This document shows, in pieces, positions 29,210 to 39,685 of a stretch of 64,000 nt of DNA (positions are counted from its first letter, which is position 1; each line of letters opens with the position of its first letter). The position numbers and the translations under genes are program-made. Below the pieces are notes generated by a model. The model was not told the DNA's origin. It worked only from the letters and a program-made list of their open reading frames with translations, and made no database searches. The DNA lies in NCBI GenBank assembly GCA_027482225.1, contig JAIXWD010000017.1, forward strand, positions 42,436-106,435, read 5' to 3'. This DNA is from Bacteroidota bacterium. Its GTDB lineage: Bacteria; Bacteroidota; Bacteroidia; UKL13-3.

Positions 29210-30568
29210 ATGAAACATACTTTCTTTTTTCTAAGTTATATATTCTTTTCGTGTTTAGCATCTAATGCACAAACACATGGTCAGGTTATTGATGAAATTG
29301 CAGCGGTTGTTGGTGATAATATCATCATGCAATCAGAAATTGAGGTAGAATTTCAACAACTACAAAAAGACATTGGATCACTAAACGATAGTGCCCGTTG
29401 TGCCATCATGCGTCAAAAAATTGTAGAGCGTATGTTACTTACACAATCCCAATGGGACAGTATTCCTTTAGGTGACGAAAGGGTTGACGCTGAACTGGAA
29501 AAGCGTATTCGTTTCTTTTCTTCGCAATTTATGGGTGGACAAAAAGAAATGGAAAGTTATTATGGTAAAACCATTACTGAAATTAAAGCCAACAACAGAG
29601 AGAAAATAAAAGAAGGATTATTGGTTCAAGAAATGCAAAGTAAAATTTTACGTGATGTTAAAGTTTCTCCAACTGATGTAAAGAAGTTTTTTAATGAATT
29701 AGACAAATTAGACAGTCTTCCATACTATAGCGCAGAGGTTCAACTAGCGCAAATTATCATGATTCCTAAAGTTAGTAAAGAAGCAAAGGAGCTAGCATTT
29801 GAAAAAATTAGCGAGTTACGTGAACGTATTTTAAAGGGTGATAATTTTGGCACACTTGCTTTAATATACAGTGATGATAAAGGCTCGGCACAAAAGCGCG
29901 GTGAGTTAGGTTATTTTACACGTGGAGATATGGTGCCAGAATTTGAGGCTACTGCTTTTAAACTAAAGCCCGATAGCGTTTCGAAAATTATTGAAACAAA
30001 ATATGGTTATCATATTATGCAGTTGGTAGACAGAAGAGGAGACGACATTAATGTGCGACATATATTAATTAAACCACAAGTGTTTAGAAGCGATGTGTCG
30101 CGGACCAAAGAAATTTTGGACAGCATATTGTGGCAAATAAAAATTGATTCCTTAACGTTTGAGAAAGCAGCATTAAAATTTAGCGATGATGAAAATACCA
30201 AACCTAATGGTGGTTATATTACTGACGGAACTATTGGAACCAATAAAATTCCTTTAGATGAACTGCCAAAAGACATCTTTTTTCAGATAGAAAAACTAGA
30301 ACCTGGTAAAATTACCGAACCTGAACAGATTACATTGCCAACACCTGATAAACAACAAGCTTGGCGTGTGTTTTACTTAAAATCTGAGGCTGCCCCACAC
30401 CGTGCAAACTTGCGAGATGATTATCAAAAAATGCAAGCGTTAGCCCTACAACGCAAACAAATGCAAGCCATGCAAAATTGGATAGAGAAACACAAAAAAG
30501 CATTTTATATACAAATTAGTGAGCAGTATAAAACCTGCGGTAACCTTAATGAGTTTATCACTAAATAA
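29210..30568 (+). CDS. surA: SurA-like parvulin peptidyl-prolyl isomerase/chaperone
   Basis: Signal peptide, IDEIAAVVG, MVPEFEATAF, ETKYGYHIMQL and VRHILIKP. Confidence 0.85.
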   Translation: MKHTFFFLSYIFFSCLASNAQTHGQVIDEIAAVVGDNIIMQSEIEVEFQQLQKDIGSLNDSARCAIMRQKIVERMLLTQSQWDSIPLGDERVDAELEKRIRFFSSQFMGGQKEMESYYGKTITEIKANNREKIKEGLLVQEMQSKILRDVKVSPTDVKKFFNELDKLDSLPYYSAEVQLAQIIMIPKVSKEAKELAFEKISELRERILKGDNFGTLALIYSDDKGSAQKRGELGYFTRGDMVPEFEATAFKLKPDSVSKIIETKYGYHIMQLVDRRGDDINVRHILIKPQVFRSDVSRTKEILDSILWQIKIDSLTFEKAALKFSDDENTKPNGGYITDGTIGTNKIPLDELPKDIFFQIEKLEPGKITEPEQITLPTPDKQQAWRVFYLKSEAAPHRANLRDDYQKMQALALQRKQMQAMQNWIEKHKKAFYIQISEQYKTCGNLNEFITK

Positions 30569-30579
30569 CTATTTTATAA

Positions 30580-31551
30580 ATGAATATATCAAACTTTACA
30601 AACGATGTGGAAGCGGCCAATGCGCTTCACCAAAAATATAAAGAATTAAAAAGCGAAATAGGTAAAGTAATTATAGGTCAACACGATGTGGTTGATGCCG
30701 TATTGATGTCGATTTTTGCAAATGGACATACATTATTAGTAGGTGTTCCTGGTTTGGCAAAAACATTATTGGTGCGTACCATTTCTGAGGTGTTGGATTT
30801 GAATTTTAGTCGTATACAATTTACCCCTGATTTAATGCCTAGTGATATTACTGGTAGCGAAATATTAAATGATAAACGTGAATTTAGTTTTGTGCGTGGC
30901 CCTTTGTTTGCTAATATTGTTTTGGCCGATGAGATTAACCGTACGCCACCAAAAACTCAAGCGGCTTTGTTAGAGGCCATGCAAGAACGTAATGTAACCG
31001 TTAACGGTAAACTACATCATTTAGAGCAACCGTTTTTTGTATTGGCTACTCAAAATCCCATTGAACAAGAAGGAACATACCCTTTACCAGAGGCTCAATT
31101 AGACCGTTTTATGTTTAATGTTATTTTAGGATATCCTACATTAGAAGAAGAGTTGGAAGTAATAAAAAACACCACTGGAAACTATCAAGCTAAGCTAAAT
31201 AAGATATTACACGGTAACGACATTTTAGCTTTCCAACAATTGGTTCGTAAAGTGCCAGTAGCCGATAATGTATTGGAGTATGCAGTTAAACTAGTAGCAC
31301 AAACTCGACCAAATACTCCTTTGGCAGGTGCAAAAGTAAACGAGTACGTTAGCTATGGTGCTGGTCCTCGTGCTGGGCAGTTTTTAGTATTAGGTGCTAA
31401 ATGTCATGCTTTATTACGCGGTAACTACAGCCCCGATATTGATGATGTGAAAGCAGTTGCATTTAACGTGTTGCGACACCGTATTGTTAAAAACTATAAG
31501 GCCGAAGCAGAAGGCGTAACCATAGAGAAGATAATACAAGGCTTGATGTAA
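30580..31551 (+). CDS. MoxR-family AAA+ ATPase
   Basis: GVPGLAKT, RIQFTPDLMPSD, DEINRTPPKTQ and ATQNPIEQEGTYPLPEAQLDRF. Confidence 0.95.
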   Translation: MNISNFTNDVEAANALHQKYKELKSEIGKVIIGQHDVVDAVLMSIFANGHTLLVGVPGLAKTLLVRTISEVLDLNFSRIQFTPDLMPSDITGSEILNDKREFSFVRGPLFANIVLADEINRTPPKTQAALLEAMQERNVTVNGKLHHLEQPFFVLATQNPIEQEGTYPLPEAQLDRFMFNVILGYPTLEEELEVIKNTTGNYQAKLNKILHGNDILAFQQLVRKVPVADNVLEYAVKLVAQTRPNTPLAGAKVNEYVSYGAGPRAGQFLVLGAKCHALLRGNYSPDIDDVKAVAFNVLRHRIVKNYKAEAEGVTIEKIIQGLM

Positions 31552-31553
31552 AA

Positions 31554-32174
31554 TTGGCTTTGCACGAAACCATGAACAGAACTTTTGCCATTTTAGTTTC
31601 GGTTATATTTCATCCAGTGTTTGTTAACCTTTTGGGTTTTGTTGCGGTAATAGAATTAAATCCGCATTTGCAAGCAGGATTAACGCCACAAGCCAAATGG
31701 TTTTATATGGTGTATGTGTTTATTAGCACGGGATTAATTCCTTTATTGGTGGTGTTAGCACGTAAGGCCTTTGGTTTTAGCAACAGCATTATGCTAAACG
31801 ATGCAGATGATAGGCACATACCCTACATTGTAACAGCTACTGCTTATCTTTTTGGTTATTATCTATTCGTTAAAATGGGTACACCACACGTTATGCAAGG
31901 TTATATGTTGGGTAGTGCATGTATTTTGGTGGCGGTGCTTATTATTAATTTTCGTACTAAAATAAGTGCACATACAACTTCATTAGGTGCATTGGTTGGG
32001 TTGATATTGGCCTTATCACCCATTATGGTGTTTGACGTAAGAATATTTTTAATACCCTTGTTATTGATTAGTGGATTAACAGCAACCTCTCGCCTGGCTT
32101 TAGAAGCACACACACATCAACAACTATATTCTGGTTTTGGGTTGGGTTTTTTATTCATGTGGTTGATGCTTTAG
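31554..32174 (+). CDS. PAP2-like integral membrane protein
   Basis: Multi-TM protein with KISAH and SRL..xAHT motifs. Confidence 0.7.
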   Translation: MALHETMNRTFAILVSVIFHPVFVNLLGFVAVIELNPHLQAGLTPQAKWFYMVYVFISTGLIPLLVVLARKAFGFSNSIMLNDADDRHIPYIVTATAYLFGYYLFVKMGTPHVMQGYMLGSACILVAVLIINFRTKISAHTTSLGALVGLILALSPIMVFDVRIFLIPLLLISGLTATSRLALEAHTHQQLYSGFGLGFLFMWLML

Positions 32175-32199
32175 TAATTGTTAAATCAATAGCATTAAT

Positions 32200-32880
32200 A
32201 TGAAACATCATCAGAACAACATACTTTTATTTATTACTTGCCTAGCAATTGTTTTATTTAATTCGTGTGGTATGATTTATATACGTGCCATTGGTGTTAA
32301 GCCTTTTAAGCCTGTTAATGAAGAGCAATTGATTTCCTATTTAAGTTCACAAAATGTAAGCATTGAAAATGTTTATCAAATAGACTCGGTAAGTTTTGTG
32401 CAACTCATCAACACAAAGAAAAAAGATACTTTAATTTACAACAAACTACATTTGTGGGTTCAAAACCATGTTCAGCCTTTACAAACCATTTGCTTTGATA
32501 ACGAAACACAAAAGCCGATTTATGCATATTTTAATTGTATTGCAGAAAGTAAAGGATTAACACAGTTTACTTGGAATAAAAACAAGGAATTGGAATCGTT
32601 TCCGCCCAAGGAATATACTTCAGAAAATTGCATAGACTCATTGTTTACAATGAGTGAATTGACAAATACCATGGTTGATTTTAAGGGCAATCAACTAAGA
32701 TTACAAAATAACGGTAAAAGATATAATGTGTTTTAATACTATTCATTGTTTGTTCAAAAACAAGCAAACAACATCATTAAAGAAACAATAACTCACTTAA
32801 ATAAATACGCACCTAACGAGTATAATCTCTACTTCGTTAATTTTGATAATTGCCTGTATCAATTAACTAAAAGTAATTAA
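32200..32880 (+). pseudogene. Hypothetical lipoprotein interrupted by a single in-frame TAA (32734-32736)
   Basis: Lipobox FNSC. The same frame stays open for 47 codons after the TAA (YYSLFVQKQANNIIKE...LYFVNFDNC...) and ends at 32880, abutting the convergent gene. Confidence 0.65.
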
Positions 32881-33633
32881 CTAGTTACCCGAAGCTACAA
32901 AATAAAAATCGCCACCTTCGTATTTAATTGCTTCGTTTGGGTTAATGGGTTTTAAAGCAAAATCAACCAAAGCATTTATTTGGTAACCCAAAGGCAAAAA
33001 CAAATCAAAAATAAGTTTACGGTTTTCGGCACTGCTAATTTCCATTTGTATGGTGGGTTTAAACTTAGTAATGGTTTTTATAAAATGAGGCATTACGTAA
33101 ATCTCATAGCCTTCTATATCACACTTTAAAAAATCAAAGCGGGTTAGGTTGGCAAACAACTCATCGGGCACACGCATGTTTACATCATAGGTTTGCATGT
33201 TATTTTGTTTCGTATCTCCATCAATCACCTTGGTTAATCCATGTCTAAAAACACCATCAACCACAGGTGTTCCCATTTGTATGGTTTTGTTTTCGCCACC
33301 CAATGCGGTTTGGTGTAAGGTAATATTACCTAAACCAAATTGTGTGGTGTTTTTAATAAATAACTTAGCAAATAAATCTACAGGCTCTACTGCATGTACA
33401 TGTCCATTGGGGCCAGCGTATTTTGATAAAAAAACCGAGTAATAACCAACGTTTGCACCAATATCAACACAAACAAAACCGGGCTTAACCAACTCTTTTA
33501 AAAAAAACAACTCCGGGTATTTTTTCTTTAAAAATCCACCGCGTATCAAACGGATGTATACATCACTTACCAAAGCCAAATACTTTTGGTGGCCAAGCAT
33601 GTCTAATAAAAGTGCGCGCAGTTGTTTTTCCAT
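32881..33633 (-). CDS. FkbM-family SAM methyltransferase
   Basis: VDIGANVGYY, AVEP and KCDIEGYE motifs. Confidence 0.92.
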   Translation of the reverse strand: MEKQLRALLLDMLGHQKYLALVSDVYIRLIRGGFLKKKYPELFFLKELVKPGFVCVDIGANVGYYSVFLSKYAGPNGHVHAVEPVDLFAKLFIKNTTQFGLGNITLHQTALGGENKTIQMGTPVVDGVFRHGLTKVIDGDTKQNNMQTYDVNMRVPDELFANLTRFDFLKCDIEGYEIYVMPHFIKTITKFKPTIQMEISSAENRKLIFDLFLPLGYQINALVDFALKPINPNEAIKYEGGDFYFVASGN

Positions 33634-33661
33634 GTTTATTTGGGAGGGTAAATTACAAAGT

Positions 33662-33907
33662 TTATTTTACTTCTTCGTAATCTATGTACTCACCAATGTT
33701 TTTATCGGCTGGTTTTTGTGTTTTATTAATTTTAGGGTTGATGGTTACATTCCCCTCCGGTTTCTGTTGGTCTGCTTTGTTATAATGGTGGTGATGATGC
33801 GTGTCAAACCTAAATACTTTTGTTCTTACTGTACCGCCCATGTATTTACCAAACAGCAATCTAAACAGTACATAAAATAAAAACAGGTATATTAAAAACT
33901 TAATCAT
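33662..33907 (-). CDS. DUF4834-like small membrane protein
   Basis: N-terminal TM, EGNVTI, C-terminal GEYIDYEEVK. Confidence 0.8.
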   Translation of the reverse strand: MIKFLIYLFLFYVLFRLLFGKYMGGTVRTKVFRFDTHHHHHYNKADQQKPEGNVTINPKINKTQKPADKNIGEYIDYEEVK

Positions 33908-33964
33908 GAGCTTAATTTATGTGTGTACAAATGTACTACTTAATATGCTTCACACCAACAAACT

Positions 33965-34795
33965 TTAACCTACTAAACTCACTTGTTTGCTGAAAATATT
34001 TTTACCTAAAAATGTACCTGCATGTTCGTTAAAATTGGCGGAATCGTCTGTGGTTAAATAATTTTGGGTACCGCCTTTGCTATAATATTGCTCCAATTCA
34101 GGGTGTCGGTTTAAATAATCAACCAAACTATCAGCTACTATTTTGCCTTGTGTAAGTATGGTAATGTGCTTAGGAGTATACTTTCTTATTTTATCAACCA
34201 ATAAAGGATAATGCGTACAGCCCAATAAAAATGTATCAATATCAGGTTGTTGTTGCAATAAGTTATTGATGTTTTTTTCAACAAAATAATCTGCGCCTGG
34301 ATTTAAATATTCGTTGTTTTCTACCAGCGGAACCCACATAGGGCAGGATTCTTGAAACACTTCAACATCAGGGTAAAACTTATTTATTTCTACAACATAC
34401 GATTTAGAAACAACAGTTCCTTTTGTTGCAAAAACGCCTACTTTTTTTGTTTTGGTATATTTACCTACTACCTCTGTTGTTGGTCTGATAACACCTAGCA
34501 CACGCAAATGTGATTCGAGGTTCGGTAAATCTTTCTGCTGTATGCTGCGTAATGCCTTTGCCGATGCTGTATTACAAGCCAGAACTACTAAGCTGCATCC
34601 TTGTTCAAACAGGTGTTTTACGCATTGTAAAGTGTATTCGTAAACAGTTTCAAAACTGCGTGTACCATATGGTGCGCGTGCGTTGTCGCCCAAATACAAA
34701 TAATCGTACTGCGGTAATGTTTGTATAAATTCTTTTAATATGGTTAGTCCTCCATAACCACTATCAAAAACACCAATAGGTCCGGGTTTTATCAT
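33965..34795 (-). CDS. murI: Glutamate racemase
   Basis: FDSGYGGLT, ACNTAS and LGCTHYP motifs; likely start MIKPGPIG at 34795. Confidence 0.96.
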   Translation of the reverse strand: MIKPGPIGVFDSGYGGLTILKEFIQTLPQYDYLYLGDNARAPYGTRSFETVYEYTLQCVKHLFEQGCSLVVLACNTASAKALRSIQQKDLPNLESHLRVLGVIRPTTEVVGKYTKTKKVGVFATKGTVVSKSYVVEINKFYPDVEVFQESCPMWVPLVENNEYLNPGADYFVEKNINNLLQQQPDIDTFLLGCTHYPLLVDKIRKYTPKHITILTQGKIVADSLVDYLNRHPELEQYYSKGGTQNYLTTDDSANFNEHAGTFLGKNIFSKQVSLVG

Positions 34796-34830
34796 ACCGC
34801 AACTTAGTTTAAAGTTGTATTTAACGCAAT

Positions 34831-34869
34831 AAAAAAGTTCGCATAACAATTATAGTTATGCGAACTTTT
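34831..34869 (-). terminator. Intrinsic terminator after the secreted nuclease gene
   Basis: AAAAGTTCGCATAAC-7nt-GTTATGCGAACTTTT perfect 15-bp stem. Confidence 0.8.
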
Positions 34870-34887
34870 ATTCAAAAATTGAATTGG

Positions 34888-37800
34888 TTATTTAATAACA
34901 ACACGCTTGGTGGCAACGCCTTGTTGCGTGGTTACTTTTATAACATACAATCCTTTTCTGTTAATGTTAATTTGGGTTGATGTGGTGGTATCAACCAACT
35001 TGCCGGTAACATCAAATATTTCAATTTTATTTAATTGAATATTTGAAGGCATGTTTACAAAAACAACATCATTACTTGGCACTGGATAAACATTTACCAA
35101 CTGATTAATTAAATCGTTTTTGCTTAAGCTGTTTACCAACTTAATGTTAAAGTTTAAGCTATCAAAAGCAGCAAAAGTTGGGTTTTTTAATGCGCTAACC
35201 TCTTTAACCCAAACGGTAATGTTGTTGTACACGTTAGGTAATGTAAGGTTAAAGCTATCTGCTATTATGTTGTTGGCAATAGTAATCGTGTCAAATGTAT
35301 TGGTTTTTATGTTAAGCCCTGTATATTTAACTTCCACTGTATCTACAAAAGTTTTATTCCAGCTGATGGTTTTGGTTTGATTGCCTTCCCATGTAGCATC
35401 TGGAACAGTTGTAATTTTAATAGCAGATTGTACAATATTAAATGTGCCCGAAACAGAAGAAATGGTTGAATTATTCGGATTGATAACACGTATTCGAGCA
35501 GTAGTGGTTGGTACTGATGTTAAATTGAATGTATATGAACCGTTTACAGCAGCAGTGCTACCTATTGTTGTGAAAGGGGTTGCTCCAATTTGAATTTGAA
35601 CCACAAGTGAGTCTAAGTTTTGTTGATTCCAAGTAACAGTGTAAAATTTACCCCTTACCCAAGTTTCACCAGCTTTAGGGTAGGTAATGGTTATCAAATT
35701 AATCTTAGAGTTTAAGGAGTCAAAAGCAGCAAAAGTTGGGTTTTTTAATGCGCTAACCTCTTTAACCCAAACGGTAATATTGCTGTACACATTTGGTAAA
35801 GTAAGATTAAAACTATCAGCAGTAATGTTGTTGGCAATTATAATCGTGTCAAATGTATTGGTTTTTATGTTAAGCCCTGTATATTTAACTTCCACTGTAT
35901 CTACAAAAGTTTTATTCCATCTAATGGTTTTCGTTTGATTGCCTTCCCATGTAGCATCTGGAACAGTTGTAATATTAATAGCAGATTGTACAATATTAAA
36001 TAAACCCGATGCCGAGCTAATAGTTAAGTTGGTTGGATCGATAACACGCACACGAGCAGCATTAGTTGGTGCTGTTGTTAAGTTAAAAGTATATGCTCCA
36101 TTTGCAGCAGCTACTCTTCCTAAAGTTGTGTAGGGGCCAGCATTGGTTTGAATTTGAACCACCAATGTATCTATGTTTTGTTGATTCCAAGTAACAGTGT
36201 AAAATTTACCCCTTACCCAAGTTTCGCCAGCTGTTGGATAAGTGATGCTTACATTACGAGGCACATCAATTCTAAAAGTATTGGTGCTTGAATCTGCAAT
36301 TGCATTATTTGTTTTACTTTTAATACGCACCATAGCGTTATTGGTAATTGTATTAGGTATGTTCCAGCTATATGTTCCTCTGCTACCAGGAACGGTATCT
36401 GTAATCGATATCCATTGAGCTGTTGCTGCGGTACGGTATTCTATTACAACAGTATCAATATTCTGTTGGTTCCAAGTAATATTTTGTACACTACCCACCA
36501 TAAATGTTTGTCCGCCATTTGGTGATGTTAAGTCAACCAAAATTGCATTTGGAACTGGCACATAAGCCATAGTAGCAAAGTTTATTCTGTTTACCCAACT
36601 TGGGTTATCTATAAATGGATTGCGATTTTTTTGTGAAGTGAAAATATACTCGTTACGTGCAATTTCAATTGGGCTAGGCGGATCTTGTTGGTGCCATTGT
36701 AAAAGCAGGCTAATATCCTGGCCTGCAGGTAAACGCCATTGGTTACTACGCTCGCCATTATATCGTACCAACATGTAAAACAATGCACGAGCTAAATCAC
36801 CCTTTTGTTCATTACGTGGTTCATACACTGTAACGCCATTTGCATTTGTGCCCAATTTACCAGAACCTGTTGGCGAGGTACTTGTTGCATTTAATACCAC
36901 ACCAAAAGGATTATTGCTTCTTATTGCGTTAGCGTTTGTTTGATCTGCAGGAAACAGGTTATGCATGTCATTGTATTCTAAAACTTCTTTTCCTCCTATC
37001 ACTGGCCAACCGCTACCTGTGCCACCATTACTTGGCATCCAACTTTGGGCAAAGGTGTGCTCACGTGTAAGTGTTCCGCTATTTGTACCAGTCCACCAAA
37101 TAAAAGGATCTTGATATACATGTCTTAAACCAGTATACACACATTCAACAACTTTACGTCCCATGCTGGTATCGCGCGCTAAATAATTGTTTACCATGGT
37201 TGATGCGTAGCTGCTGTAAAAAACAGTATCGTGTGGTGTTCTTATCCTGCTGCCTAAAGCAGTTACAAAGTTAAAATTGTTGGTATCAACATTAGTATAG
37301 TAGCTTCCCGGAGTACCATTTTGTGTGGTAGTTGTTGCACTTGGTGCAGCGGTTGTATTGTAATTTTCAAAACCTGCTGGACCGTTAAATGTAAACGCAG
37401 CAAATGAATAAGTGGTGTTTGCTAAAATATAATTGGGGCGAAGTAATGTTGTATCATCTCCAATATAAGCTACTTGTGCATTGCCAATGTAATCACCACG
37501 TTGGTAGGTAACGCCATCAATTGGTGTTTCATTGATGGTAGCCGCTGTTTTACGCAACAAAATATATTTTTCTGCACCATCTGCTCTGTTAAAGCTTACA
37601 TTAAAAGTATGTGTTTTAACACCACTTATATTAACTGCACCAACTTGGTTGTTGGGCTCGGTAGCAAATTGTCCGCCTACACCGTAAAGGTTTACATTAA
37701 ATGGATTACGGTCGCTATCTGTGCTGTATATTTTTAGGGTTGCAAAACGAGATCCGTTTGCACTTGGGTTAAAATACACCGAGAAGGTGTCTGTTCCATT

Positions 37801-38505
37801 GTTAAATGGGGTAATGCTATCAAAAGCACCAATACTAAAGTCGCTCGCATTTGTTCCCGTTAATTTAATGCTATCAACTTTTAAGTTTGCTGATACGCCA
37901 AAATTTTGCAATGTAAATAATTTGCTTGGCCCATTGCCGTAAGCAAAGGTGTTGCCGTTTATTAAGGTTACATTATTTTGTTTAACCAAAATACCAGTAG
38001 CAGGAGGCGGAGAATTTAGTATCAATACACTATCAAGCGCCACATTGGTGCCGGATTGTTTATCCGCATAAAAAAACCGTACATACCTACTTGCTGAATT
38101 CAGCGATTCAGCGTAACGCGTAAGTGTTGTTGTCATTGCTGTAAAGTTGCGAATGTCAGTCCAGGTTAAACCATCAACCGACTCTTGTACTTTAAAGGAA
38201 CCCGTAAAAGGAGGATTTGCTCCAAAACCTGTTCCTCTAATGTAGTAACTTAAATTACCAGGTTTATCATTAAACCAAACGGTTAAAAACTCTCCGGTTG
38301 CATCAAGCCTGCACGAAAGTCCATCAGCACCAACAGAAAACCCGTTTCCCGAGTATGTTAAATTACCGTTTGTCCCCAATCCTGTTGTCCACCCAATTGG
38401 CGGGGTAGAAATACCAGGAGTAGTAAAATTCCAGCTTGTTGGTAATACCGCTTGTGCAAATGCCAATATTGGCATCATGCATATTAAAAAGAATATTTTT
38501 TTCAT
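34888..38505 (-). CDS. T9SS-secreted endonuclease I-family nuclease with Ig-like domains and an internal tandem duplication
   Basis: Signal peptide MKKIFFLICMMPILAFA|Q; EndA motifs REHTFAQSW, DMHNLFP, RSNNPFG, YEPRNEQKGDLARALFYM..RY, NRNPFID; C-terminal T9SS domain VYPVPS...GLYVIKV...TKRVVIK. Confidence 0.88.
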   Translation of the reverse strand: MKKIFFLICMMPILAFAQAVLPTSWNFTTPGISTPPIGWTTGLGTNGNLTYSGNGFSVGADGLSCRLDATGEFLTVWFNDKPGNLSYYIRGTGFGANPPFTGSFKVQESVDGLTWTDIRNFTAMTTTLTRYAESLNSASRYVRFFYADKQSGTNVALDSVLILNSPPPATGILVKQNNVTLINGNTFAYGNGPSKLFTLQNFGVSANLKVDSIKLTGTNASDFSIGAFDSITPFNNGTDTFSVYFNPSANGSRFATLKIYSTDSDRNPFNVNLYGVGGQFATEPNNQVGAVNISGVKTHTFNVSFNRADGAEKYILLRKTAATINETPIDGVTYQRGDYIGNAQVAYIGDDTTLLRPNYILANTTYSFAAFTFNGPAGFENYNTTAAPSATTTTQNGTPGSYYTNVDTNNFNFVTALGSRIRTPHDTVFYSSYASTMVNNYLARDTSMGRKVVECVYTGLRHVYQDPFIWWTGTNSGTLTREHTFAQSWMPSNGGTGSGWPVIGGKEVLEYNDMHNLFPADQTNANAIRSNNPFGVVLNATSTSPTGSGKLGTNANGVTVYEPRNEQKGDLARALFYMLVRYNGERSNQWRLPAGQDISLLLQWHQQDPPSPIEIARNEYIFTSQKNRNPFIDNPSWVNRINFATMAYVPVPNAILVDLTSPNGGQTFMVGSVQNITWNQQNIDTVVIEYRTAATAQWISITDTVPGSRGTYSWNIPNTITNNAMVRIKSKTNNAIADSSTNTFRIDVPRNVSITYPTAGETWVRGKFYTVTWNQQNIDTLVVQIQTNAGPYTTLGRVAAANGAYTFNLTTAPTNAARVRVIDPTNLTISSASGLFNIVQSAINITTVPDATWEGNQTKTIRWNKTFVDTVEVKYTGLNIKTNTFDTIIIANNITADSFNLTLPNVYSNITVWVKEVSALKNPTFAAFDSLNSKINLITITYPKAGETWVRGKFYTVTWNQQNLDSLVVQIQIGATPFTTIGSTAAVNGSYTFNLTSVPTTTARIRVINPNNSTISSVSGTFNIVQSAIKITTVPDATWEGNQTKTISWNKTFVDTVEVKYTGLNIKTNTFDTITIANNIIADSFNLTLPNVYNNITVWVKEVSALKNPTFAAFDSLNFNIKLVNSLSKNDLINQLVNVYPVPSNDVVFVNMPSNIQLNKIEIFDVTGKLVDTTTSTQININRKGLYVIKVTTQQGVATKRVVIK
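35162..36238. repeat. Intragenic tandem duplication, 558-bp (186-aa) period
   Basis: TCAAAAGCAGCAAAAGTTGGG at 35162 and 35720; protein repeats ITYP.AGETWVRGKFYTVTWNQQN...KNPTFAAFDSLN twice. Confidence 0.92.
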
Positions 38506-38830
38506 GTTTAAACGCTTAAAAAGCTGTGCAATATAATTATTGTTGGTGTAAAACAACTCGTTATCAGTCAATTTTGTGAGTTAAAATACCTGCATGGCAT
38601 TTTAATTTGCCATCATTGTTATGCGGCTTATGCATGCGGTTAAATGATAAAATCATCAACAGTTTTTTTCATGTATCTAATTTCTAAATAGTCTTAACCA
38701 TCCTTTAACAGACAGAGGATAAGCCTTACGTTTAGCACAGTTCGTGTTTGCGTCTATTTTCTTACATCTATGATACTTTGTTTTACAAAATAATAATCCG
38801 GGTTAATTGATTATTTTCGCACCTCAAACT

Positions 38831-39664
38831 ATGGCACTCGATCAACTTGATGATGAATTTGTGGATCAGAAGGAAATGAGTTTCTTCGATCATATTGATG
38901 CTTTCAGAGGGCATATTGTAAGGTCTGTTATAGCTATTTTAGTACTTGCTATTGCTGCCTTTTTTAACAAATATATTTTGTTTGATGTCATTATATTTGG
39001 TCCTGTTCATACCGATTTTTGGACATACCAAGTATTGTGTGATTTGTCTCATTTGGTTACCGATGGTGATGAGTATTGTATCAAAGAAATGGGTTTTGTG
39101 CTTTCTAACATCAGTATGAGTGGGCAATTTACCGAGCATATTTTTGTTTCTTTTGTTGCAGGGTTAATCCTCGCTTTCCCTTATATTTTATGGGAGTTGT
39201 GGCGTTTTATGAAGCCAGCATTAAGCACCAAGGAGATAAAGTATGCAAGAGGCTTGGTGTTTTTTAGTTCATCATTGTTTTTCATCGGTATATTGTTTGG
39301 TTATTTCTTTCTATCACCACTTTCTATCAATTTTTTAGGTTCATACAAAGTGAGTGAGTTGGTTAGTAATGAAATTAATCTCGATTCTTACGTGTCGTTT
39401 ATTGCTACGTTAACTTTTGCAACAGGACTCATTTTTGAAATGCCTATTTTGGTCTATTTCTTGGCTAAAATTGGGGTGCTAGGTAGTGGGTGGATGCGCA
39501 AAAACAGACGTTACGCAGTAGTGGTTATTATGGTGTTGGCTGGTTTGTTAACTCCATCTCCCGATATTGCTAGTATGGTGCTTATGTTTATTCCACTTTA
39601 TGGTTTATATGAGTTAAGCATATTGGTAGCGGTTAAGGTTGAAAAAGGAAATGTAATTAAGTAA
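38831..39664 (+). CDS. tatC: Twin-arginine translocase subunit TatC
   Basis: EMSFFDHID, WRFMKPAL, FEMP and LTPSPD...LYELSI; ATG at 38831 after -7 motif TATTTTCG. Confidence 0.95.
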   Translation: MALDQLDDEFVDQKEMSFFDHIDAFRGHIVRSVIAILVLAIAAFFNKYILFDVIIFGPVHTDFWTYQVLCDLSHLVTDGDEYCIKEMGFVLSNISMSGQFTEHIFVSFVAGLILAFPYILWELWRFMKPALSTKEIKYARGLVFFSSSLFFIGILFGYFFLSPLSINFLGSYKVSELVSNEINLDSYVSFIATLTFATGLIFEMPILVYFLAKIGVLGSGWMRKNRRYAVVVIMVLAGLLTPSPDIASMVLMFIPLYGLYELSILVAVKVEKGNVIK

Positions 39665-39685
39665 TTAATTGTAAACTAATATCAT

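Noticed and set aside
33785-33802. His run (THHHHHY) in the DUF4834-like protein as a metal-binding signal
   Set aside because: It lies in a low-complexity linker with no metal-related context; insufficient support.
34796-34849. Extended N-termini given by the track for murI (34849), the nuclease (38571), XRE-Fic (53341), tatC (38807) and the PspC protein (23920)
   Set aside because: The extensions run through terminator or promoter motifs or precede an obvious signal peptide; downstream ATGs fit the families better.
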